From contig NW_002060945.1 in assembly GCF_000150275.1 (NCBI RefSeq), positions 5,980,991 through 6,044,990 of the forward strand: a DNA stretch of 64,000 bases. The letters run 5' to 3'. The DNA comes from Trichoplax adhaerens. Taxonomy: Eukaryota > Animalia > Placozoa. Positions 53,636 through 64,000 of this stretch are shown piece by piece. Every line of letters begins with the position of its first letter. Positions within the stretch are counted from its first letter, which is position 1. A program made the position numbers and the translations under genes. The notes beneath the pieces are model-generated. The model had not been told where the DNA came from and ran no database searches. It saw only the letters and a program-made list of their open reading frames with translations.

Positions 53636-55487
53636 TATTACAGATCATATAATACTTATTAATTTATAGAAACTGTAAACTTGAGAAATGTTGTATTATA
53701 CTGTTATACACAAACATCAACAATCTTTAGCGCTCTTATCAAGCGTCCTTCATGATTACCGATATCAAATACAAGTATTTTCAGTAAATGCACCAAACGA
53801 CAAAACAGAGTTAGGAAGAATTATAATTATTATTACCAAGATTCATAAATATGATACTAATGAATCAGATAAATTTGTAAGTTCGAATTCTGTACAGTCT
53901 AAATGATGGATGAACTTATTTGCCATTACTTAAAGTATCAGTTTATGCAGATTAATTAATTAATTATATACATTATATATATAAATATATATGAATTACA
54001 TATAATTACAGGTGAAGGTAATTAGTTACTCACACTGTTATCATAGTAAATCTATTAATAAAATATGCTCAAATATTTATGATTAATTTGATATAGACAG
54101 AACTCCGATATCGTATTATTACTGACTATATAAGACTATTTTCCTAGCTATAAATCCGCTAAATGGCTATTAAGAATAGTTAACCTTCTGTAAGCATTAT
54201 GTTGTAGCTTTAAATAATTAGAGTTACTTAATTAACGTGTTTGTTGGAGTAATTGTATGAGTACGTAGTTGACTACAGCATCACTATTGTTTACAGTTAA
54301 TACTATCTTACAAAGTGTATAGTTCATTTTATGCATGAACTAAAACCTCACGATAATAACCCAAAGTATGAGCGTTGTAGGTGCTTTTCAAAAAGCAGAA
54401 GGTAAATTTCGAATCTTTATGAAATAGGATACACAGAATCGATCCCTTAAACTTCAATAATTAATAAAGTAGTATATTGTGATTACATACCACTGTTACT
54501 CTGAGTATGATAGACAAGCACAGTACTCGTACGCATAATTCATACACTAGGCCTTTCATAATTCTCTTAGTATTCTCGACGCTACCTATGGATGCCCACC
54601 TCTAGATAGTGTACTGTATACTAATAAATATACATTTGCATGCAAGTCTATTATCAATTTGATTACGTGGTAAATTTGTCCAATTTCACTTATAAAAATA
54701 TCTTTTGCTATAAAGGTTTAAGTTACTGCCGATTTGAAATTAATATTAATAATATTAAGGGAACTAGTACAGTAATTACTGTATAATACTGTTACTACAG
54801 TTTCTGCCTGCATTTGCATATTATTGTTTTATATAGTAGTGAGGCACTATTCAATACTGTGTGGGGTGGTTTAGTACCGTGCGGTAATGAGTACCTTTCA
54901 TTTGTAGTAGTCCCAGATACAGTACGAAGTAAATCATCCCATAAACTGTATCATAGCAACAGCGCAAGCAGAGTATCTATGAATGTTTTGTTAAACTGTG
55001 AAAACAAAATATGAATAACTTCTATAGAAGACTGCAATTCTGCAAATACATCATAGAGAATAAAGTGTAAATTTATCCGCTGTATGCGTTAGTACACGAG
55101 TACATAGGTACATACAGTTGTAAAATTAATCCTTACTAATAGTGCAGTACCAACCTGATACTCGATGATCAGTTTACATTTTATATGAACTTCAAGGATA
55201 CTATGTGCTAGACTGTGATTTCGAATTTCTGGGATACCTATACGGAATAATTACATAAAAACAAGTAAGTAATGATTGATAGTTTTTTAACTTAAAAGAC
55301 CAGAAATCGTGTAAGTGCTAAACTATCATGTTAAGACGATTGCAAATTTAAATTCATTACATCAGCTAGTTCAATAACATATTTAAAGCACATCTTTCGT
55401 AGTAATTTCTTTAAATATGAAATAATTGACGCTTGGAATATTTCTAAACTCGATATTATAGGGATTGTAATATCCGTAAGCAGTATA

Positions 55488-57059
55488 ATGGAAGCAAAAG
55501 AGGGTGTTGAAATAAGCAGTCGGGAATCGAACGATCTTGGAGCGTTATCTGAAGAACAGCAACAGAAATTGGATCAATTGAAAGTCAGTAATATATAGAT
55601 AGTAACCGCCTATAGATAAATTTTTCCTTCAAATTATACAGCATTATTATTTAGAAAACGACTCGTTACAATTTGATTTCATAAAGTTATCTTGTTTCTA
55701 TAATTATTATAATTTAATAGATTAAAATCAGACAAGAGAACGAACATTATTTTCGGAAGCATCCAGAAATACAGCTAATGACAGCTGGTGTAATGAGGTA
55801 ATTTCCTTCTAGATTAACCATGAGGCTATCGATTATATTTACATTCTAGTATGAAGCTCTAAAGTAAAATTGATAGCTAAAAGGTACTTACACTACGAAA
55901 ATTACCGAGATTGTACTGTCTTCATCACGAAGGCAATATGCGACTCGAGCATAATACTGTATTACAGTAATATAAAATAGTATTTAATACTTTGAAATAC
56001 TGACATACTATAGATCAGACTTCATAGAATTATGCTATACAACTCATTAAATAAAGGATGTATCTACCGTATGCACATTATTTTTTATCGCATTTTATGC
56101 AATCTGTTTGAAAATAGTGTTTATGAAAGCTGTAATTTTTTGCACCGTCGGCGTTGTAAATCGTGAACACATAGTTAGTCCCCAATATTTCGAGTATCTT
56201 CATAAAAGTGAAAAGAGAATTATAATGGAATAAGAGCAAGAAAGACACTTCTTTACATTAGCAGTTTATCGACATTTACATCAGAAATCAAATACGTAGT
56301 GGCAATTGCATCGTCAAAACGTTCAGAATAATCGTTTTATTGCGCTCAATAGACTGATTCTTTACATTTGCTTTTCATCAGTATTTATGTGAAATTTATA
56401 TCTTCTAACGATATAAGTTTATTGATTGCAACTATAGGCAGCTTCATAGCTTAATTATTAGTCTATTTATAGAAATTATGCCCATAACTTTAAACAACAA
56501 CAAATTTGGATCATTTGCAACCTTCGTATTATAGATGTGCAGTACAAGCAAAGTTATTTACTGTTCATTAAAGTATAGTTATTAATTGACATAAACTTAC
56601 TACAGCAGGTGCATTTTAATAGGTACAACTTTATTCAGTCTTTTATACTTTAAGTTATGCTCAATAAATCAATTATTATTAATTTCTTCTCAGGGACATT
56701 CTCAACAAGCAGCCAGATGATCCACAGACTTTTATTGCATGTAAGAGCGTCAGATTCAATATTGTACTCCATTCATTTGCAATGTATTAATTATCGTAAT
56801 CGAGAAACCAGCAATATACGCGTATTATACTGTATCAAGTTATCCTTTTACTTTATTCTATTTAGCCTACATTAAGTTACGATATCACGACTATCTTATA
56901 TTGTGAATTTAATTTCTATATATTTTCGCTGAGGACTTAAGTTTCGCTTTTATTTTAGCTTATTTTACAGACCCAACACTAAACGGTAGGATTAGTAACC
57001 AAGTACAAGAAAGATCATTAAATATTAGGAGAAACAGCCGCAAGTTATTGAATAAATAA
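55488..57059 (+). CDS. RIIAD1: RIIa domain-containing protein 1 (PKA RII dimerisation/docking-like small protein), 4 exons
   Basis: Exons 55488-55583, 55721-55797, 56694-56740, 56959-57059 give ...DLGALSEEQQQKLDQLKIKIRQENEHYFRKHPEIQLMTAGVMRDILNKQPDDPQTFIASYFTDPTL. This is colinear with vertebrate RIIAD1 (GALS--Q---L--FKI--R--NE-Y-R-H-E......P-----FAA-YFTDP-L). Missed by the ORF track. Confidence 0.88.
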
Positions 57060-57840
57060 TCTGCTATCCTCAACTATTGAAGTGATTGTACTGTCGTATC
57101 AATTATATAAATATTGGCTATGAATGCATAGAATACGATAAACTGATATGCAATATAACAAGGTAGTATACTGAATTTGCATTGTACAATATTACAATTA
57201 TAGCCTACGTATGAAATGTAAAATGTACGGTAATGTCGTGTATCGTAAGATATGATGATACTGAATTACTGATGCTCTTTTAATTTTCTGATGGCATATA
57301 TATAATTACATGTAATCTAATTAAAATAGAATCAATTATAATTATTACGATTGAATAATTCCAGTGTATTGCTTTTCCGTTCATCTAAAACTTTACATTA
57401 TACCAAATAAATTAAGCACATGTATATTTCTATTTTAGCGATTTTTTATTAGTAATGATTAGCTTTGCATTTATATAGTGAATATCCGCGAATTTAAGTT
57501 GGGTGTGATGCATAATATAAAATATAGATTATAGTATGCGCGTACGCGTATGAAGGGTCGTTTGGGGTTGTTTTATTATAGTGCATAGTCATTCTCGAAG
57601 AAGTAGATAAAAAAAAGCATGCCTATTATCTCATCGTACTCTAACTATTGTACGATTATAAAGCATGTTATACCTGATAAATGAATATTTTAACAATTCA
57701 TCTACCTATTAAGTTTCATCTCCCATGGAATTCACGTCTGACCTGAAGTTGATAGTCAAATTATTATCTCTATCTATACTATACAGTATATTCATATTTG
57801 ACTGTCCGAATTTTGTACTTTGCAAGAAACTGACATACTG

Positions 57841-58795
57841 TATATATCCTGTATACTGATCGTGAGTAATTTATTCACCGGTCTTGTAGTTATTCTACAG
57901 TATATTAAATAACATGACACAGTACTCGTACTGACAGTCTATCACAATCAGAACGTGAAATAATCACTTACTCCATATAGTACGTATGAATTTAAGGAGT
58001 ATGATATTATGATCGTATGAATTCTATATGTTCTTACAAGAAATTGACGTATATATCCCGTACACTGATCGTGAGTAATTTATTCGCCGGTCTTGTAGTT
58101 ATTCTACGCTATATTACATAACATGACACAGTACACGTACTGACAGTCTATCACAATCAGAACGTGAAATAATCACTTACTCCATATAGTACGTATGAAT
58201 TTAAGGAATATGATATTATGATCGTATGAATTCTATATGTTCTTGCTACCCACTCTACAACTTTCTGTGTATGCTACAAACAAGGACTTCTAAACGAAAA
58301 GAGAGTGTATCAAGGATTTTGGGGTTATGTTCAGGCACTCGGAGCTACTTTGTGCTACTGTTGTGTGATCTTCACTCTCCGTTTAGTCTGTTGCATACTA
58401 TTATGTGTAGTGTTGCGGGCCCCTCTAGCCCTAGAGTTCTAGTCATACAGCGCATATACAGTACTGTACACAGTACAGTACAGTACAGTATGGTGACCAT
58501 TTTTACCTCTGTAAGGAATATGATATTATGATCATATGAATTCTATATATATAACATATATATGTTCTTACTACCAACTCTACAACTTTCTGTGTATACT
58601 ACAAACAAGCACTTCCAAACGAAAAGAGAATGTATCAAGGATTTTGGGCTATGCTCAGTAATGCTCAGGCACTCGGAGCTTCTTTGTGCTATTGTTGTCT
58701 GCTCTTCACTCTCGGTTTAGTCTGTTGCATACTAATATGTTTAGTGTTGTAAGCCCTTCTAGCCCCTAGAGTCTAGTCATACAGCGCATGTACAT
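57841..58795. repeat. Nested recent tandem duplications (~209 bp x2 and ~310-325 bp x2) upstream of nicalin
   Basis: Unit A (ATATATCCyGTAyACTGATCGTGAGTAATTTATTC...GAATTCTATATGTTCTT) at ~57842 and ~58051. Unit B (TAAGGAATATGATATTATGATC...CTCTACAAC...GCTCAGGCACTCGGAGCT-like...CATACAGCGCAT) at ~58202 and ~58512. Copies are near-identical. Confidence 0.93.
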
Positions 58796-58834
58796 GGCCC
58801 ATCAAGGCTACAAGCTACAGTGCGCCTAGTGCTT

Positions 58835-58950
58835 TACAGTATACAGTACTGTACTTGTACTGTATGTACTGTACGTACTGTACAGTACAGTCCACTCAGT
58901 GTACAGTACAGCATTGTAATGGATGTACAGTACAGTACAGTACAGTACGC
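58835..58950. repeat. (CAGTA/TACTG)n pentamer low-complexity cluster in the nicalin promoter
   Basis: ACAGTATACAGTACTGTACTTGTACTGTATGTACTGTACGTACTGTACAGTACAG...GTACAGTACAGTACAGTACAGTAC. A second run lies at 58457-58490. Confidence 0.9.
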
Positions 58951-59112
58951 ATAGAGCTGCATATTCGTGTTCACTTCCCTTTCCTTCAGCCATTCAGGCC
59001 AGGTCGCAAGAAATTGCAATCCCTTGACTAGTAGATGCCTAACCAGTTCCGCTGATTGCTTTATATTGCTCTTGCTTTCGTCTGGCTAACTACAAAAACA
59101 AGCTTTACACTC

Positions 59113-62100
59113 ATGTTCATGGCCAAGGATGCAATGATGATGAGTTGGACAAAGACATTGACAGCCTTCCTTACAGCTGTCGTGATTGTAATGTCTTGTA
59201 TGACTCCATGTGATGGCTCATATGCTTTTCAAGCTTTTCGAATGCAGCAATATCAATTGCATGGAGTATCTTATGGTATTACCTTGAATAATATTGATAT
59301 TTAAATCCTGTTTTTGACCGTTTTAACTTTTCCTCATGATGACAATGATTAATCTTGATTATCTATGCTTAATACCCTTCTTTCTTTTTGAAAAGATTGA
59401 ATTCATGATGCCTTTTTTATTGCAATTTTATAAATCAATCAAACCATTCAATTGGAATTCAACTTTGTTTTTAACAGGCTGTAAAAGTGCTCTTGTCAAT
59501 ATGGAAGTACGTTTAGCAAATTCCGATTTAATTCTGCGCCGATGCATTTTTATACGTATAGCCGATTTGACTATTGATAAATTTCAAGCCCTAATCAATA
59601 ATGGGGCTGGAGCGATAGTTGTACTATTACCGTCCGAATTCTACACCTCACCCATGGAAAATAGAAAGGTATGCACACTGTACAAATAGTGCTGGCTGCG
59701 CTAGATTGAATATTGGCCTAATGATTATTTCATAAAGGTTAACAAATACCTCTGTAGTAGCATAGTATGCTTGGTTCTAACACTGATCAATAATCCTACC
59801 TAAGGCTTCATTAGACATCGATTCGGTAGAATGTCAACTAGTAGGAGACTTTTCAATTTACAACCTACTCTATCGGCATAATGTAAACTTTAAAGTGATT
59901 CCAATGAACCTACAACCTCTCCAACAATTGCTATATTAATCATAATTATAAACTAGGTATCGTAGCACTGGAAAATAATTCTTTTACAGTAATACGATAT
60001 GTACATTATACCTTTGTTTAGTCTCTACGACTATGCGACAAAAGATTATGGCTAAAACTTTGACCAATAAGCATTTTATTCCTTATTTTCTCTTTATCAA
60101 AGCTGCTGGCTTTTGAGAAAAAATGTATTCATCTGTGTCTGTGTGCAAATACAGTAGCTTATATAATAAATTTATCGCCTTGTAGGACTGGCTGGAATTA
60201 GAGCACCAAATTATGGAAGAAGAAGTGCCCGTACCAGTGTATTTCACCGTTGAAGATGCAAACTTAACATCGATATATACAGAAATACAACAGTCTGCAG
60301 ATGCCACTTCTGGATCGACAGCAATAGCAGGTAATAATCCCTATTTACTATTGTTCATATAGTCAAGAACGTCACGTGAAAATTTGTCCTATTTTATGCT
60401 AACTCTTAAATTATCAAATAGAAGATTGAACTGCAGTACTAACATTTACATTTCAATTAATTCAATTTATCTTTAATTCTTCGTAGCCATTCTTGATTCC
60501 GTTGCAAGCTTTGGTTACCAAATCTACAGTGATGGTAAAGAATCTAAACCAGACAGCGATGCAAAATTAGTCAATTTTTACGTAAGTTATTTATTTAGAG
60601 CGTTTCTCAATATATTATAGTAAAACATGCATACTACAATATATAATTTAGTACTTTAATATCACGTATATTACAATGATACTTTGGCTAGTTAAGCTTT
60701 CCATTTAGTGATAAATAATAATAAAGGGCTATGTCTGCTTATGTATCATTCTAGGGCAAGCTGATAGGATTTGGTATAGAAGAACAACTTCCTACTATAG
60801 CATTTGTAACACACTACGATTCTTTTGGAATCGCACCTGTAAGACTGTTTAACAATTTGAGCTTATGTAACTATTCTTTCCATGAAATACGGTTTATTTT
60901 TTAAAACTGCGCCTTTGATAGACATAGATAGTGATGAACAACATCTCAGTGCTGCAAGTAAAGCAGTTACATAAAATTAGGAACCATTAATGCAATATAT
61001 AAAATCTATTCTAACTATCAATTATACTATTACATGATTATTTGAAATATCACTTCTGCAACTCTAGATTCATTGTTGATACTTAAGAGTTACTTTATGT
61101 CGTTAATAACTTATTTCAATTGCTTCTGTAACACGAATAGGGACTGGCGTACGGTTATGATACTAACGGTAGTGGTGTTGTTGCTCTTTTAGAACTTGCT
61201 CGATTATTTTCAAGGTTTTATTTGCTTCGATCAATGATAGTGTTTAAGAGTTTTAAGTTTAATTATTTACCTAATTCCATATTCTGTATATTTCAGTATG
61301 TATAAATCTGGGAAAATGCGATCAAGGTATGATTTCTTGTGAAGAATAAGTTTACTGATGTATAGCGATAAATAGTATTGACGCTCACATATCTTCTATT
61401 AGATACAACTTACTCTTTGTCCTCACGGCGGGTGGAAATTTCAATTATCACGGAACAAAAAAGTGGATTGAAGAAGAATTAGATTCTGCAGGTATTAGTG
61501 TAGATTGATAAATGGAAAGAGATACGTACTATGATGTAATCTCCGCTGAATCCTTTGTGACCTAGATTCCAACCTATTGACCGACGTTGACTACGTTGTA
61601 TGTATCGATTCCATTGGTCGTTCAGAAAATTTACATCTCCATGTATCGAAACCACCTAAGGAAGATACTGCTGGTTATGCTCTTGTAAAGGTTAATTTAT
61701 ATACGTGATTAGCATTATTTTTGTGAAGTCTACACGCTAATATCAGCAAGTACTATATCATGAACCGTTATAGGAATTCAAACAAACTGCTGAAATGCTT
61801 GGTATCAACTTCACGATGATACATAAGAAGATTAACTTAGGAGAGGATTTGCTTTCCTGGGAGCATGAAAGATTTTCACTCAGACGTCTGCCTGCCGGAA
61901 CAATCTCACACTTTAATCATCACGTAGATAAAGGACGGCGAACTATCTCGGATACTAGGTCAGCATTAGTGGTCTAAGCGATCATGTAATAGTTAACTTG
62001 TTATCATGCTATTGTAATAATTTATAGCTAATCAGCACCTTCTCACGGCAGATTCGAAGCCAATGTTGATATCATTGAGAAAAATGTAAAATTTATTGGA

Positions 62101-63241
62101 GAATCTGTTGCACGCTATATATTTAACCTTTCATCTCAGGTAAATTTTAATGAAATATTTTATAGTTCACTCTTTATCTCGCTGATAATTATAACTTCAG
62201 TCATAACCCTACCTTTTAAGAATCTCCTACTTTTATCGTTACTTGTAGCTACAAGAGCAGCAATTTCAATTATTAACAGATGAACTGGTTTGTGCTGAAT
62301 TAATACATATGTATAGTGACTGCTTCATCTAACGCATATTTGATGGTTAAACGATATTGCATGCTACCTATTTAATGCAAATTTGTACAATTTCTATTTA
62401 AGTCATTACATCGTGATTTCATCGAAACCTGGATGCATCAACTTACAAAGCAGCCCAGAGGAGCGCAATTATTCGGAAAAGATCATAATTTATTGAATGC
62501 TTTTGAACAGGTACCATAAGATTTTAACTTATTATTTCTGTCCGCCGAGTAAAATTTTTACACTTTAATTTTATTACTGCTTAGGTCATGACAGCCCACC
62601 TAAAAGATGTGAAAAAAATTATCATGCGCCCTGATAAAAAGTACAATTAATTTTTGATCAATAAATTAAAGTTACTGCATATAACTATAATGATTTATTG
62701 ATGATTATATAGTATTTTCTGCGTAATACTTTACTTAATTAATAACGTGAACGTACTAATAAAAAAATGTTTCAAATGTTGCATAGGGACCCGGAATTCA
62801 TATTTTATGATTCTTCACTAATGCAGTTACATGCATACAGGTAATATTTAGCTAATAAGCTCTTGTACAAGATACCTTGTTGAATATATTAATGAAACAA
62901 TCATTACATGTGACATTGACTGAATTTTTACGATTACACCATTGGTAGGGTCAAGCCAGCTTTATTTGATCTCTTCCTAGCTGTTGGAATTGCCGCATAT
63001 GTTGGGATTGTATATCTCATCGTTCAGGTGATACTAATTACCAAATACATCACTCCCTAAAAGTCTCGCGATATGTGTATTAATCGTCTAAAAAATGTTT
63101 TGGTCTAAAATACACCTGATATCACTCTTATTAACCTTAACCTTAATAACTAATTTCTGTCATTTGTTTCAATAGAATATGCCAACTGTTGCTGGAATTC
63201 TGGCCTATTTTGCGATTAAGTCAAAATCAAAATCAGATTAA
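59113..63241 (+). CDS. NCLN: Nicalin (nicastrin-like ER membrane protein of the NCLN-NOMO-TMEM147 complex), ~17 exons
   Basis: Signal peptide then [14 protein letters not shown]|[11 protein letters not shown]; [10 protein letters not shown]; EVPVPVYF; [17 protein letters not shown]; [16 protein letters not shown]; [12 protein letters not shown]; [25 protein letters not shown]; [16 protein letters not shown]; C-terminus KSKSKSD* (KxKxx ER-retrieval signal). Start could be the ATG at 59113 or 59119. Confidence 0.95.
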
Positions 63242-64000
63242 TGTAAAGTACGAATCCCTTAAATTAATCTGTTTAGTAAGTTACGAATATTTCCGAGCTA
63301 TCTGCTGTACTTTTTTATCCTTATGCGATAAGTGTAAATGATCACTACTGTTGTGGTACTTTTGTTATTGCAAATTTTTGTATACAACCGAAACTATAAA
63401 ACTACTTTGCATGCAGATAATTGTTTTACATAAATATTTAAAGCTGGAAAATGTTATACAGTGACATACACAGCTACGAGGGGAATAAAATTGGACTACC
63501 GGAAGTAAAAATTATCTATTACTATGAAAGTCTACTCCGGCAGATGATCCGTATCTCGATAGATTTGAATCGTTACTGTGAACGCGATGACAATAAGTTC
63601 TGAATATGCGTTCAGGACTTTATCTCTATAAATTATAATTACTATAAGAGTGCGCTTATCCTATATAAGCAATGCAGTAAATACCACTGCCTCCTCTATA
63701 TCTCTGGCAGTAGTTCTACTTTCAGCATTTTAAGATAATTAATTGCAGAAAATTTATTAAAACAGCACGTATACAGGTTTGTGGGCAAATCTCATTATAT
63801 ATATATATCGGCCATTACGCGTATTGGCCAACTTCGGACATTGGCCGTAACCTATATGTACGCGTATGCTGTACTTCAGCGTTGTTAATAGAGTAGTCTA
63901 ATTGCCTAACTTGATTCATTTTTTTGAGGCTATATACGGTGGTATGTGTACAATATTAATGAACAGCGTACTTGTACGTGTACCGTAGCTGGATATTGAA

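Noticed and set aside
58226-59019. ORFs of 101 aa and 61 aa upstream of nicalin
   Set aside because: They lie in duplicated or low-complexity promoter DNA, and the second copy of the repeat carries indels relative to the first.

Overview
AT-rich (roughly one third GC by eye) animal genomic DNA, gene-dense with many short GT-AG introns. This architecture is most consistent with a compact early-branching metazoan such as the placozoan Trichoplax; the taxon is inferred, not proven. Eight protein-coding genes can be reconstructed by splicing exons: a highly divergent SLC6/NSS transporter (+), centlein (-), casein kinase 1 gamma (-), NDUFA13 (+), MYBBP1A/Pol5 (-), an intronless NAGLU (+), RIIAD1 (+) and nicalin (+). 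No tRNA, rRNA, CRISPR or transposase was found. Most notable observations: (1) dense, strand-symmetric CAGTA/TACTG pentamer clusters just 5' of most genes, two of them sharing the 13-mer GTGCGCCTAGTGC, a candidate lineage-specific promoter grammar; (2) an intact 12-TM SLC6 whose Na+/Cl- coordinating motifs are rewritten; (3) a single-exon NAGLU CDS head-to-head with MYBBP1A; (4) RIIAD1-NCLN adjacency, which may be ancient microsynteny; (5) many local 85-330 bp tandem duplications in non-coding DNA. Exon boundaries were read by eye and may be off by a few bases.
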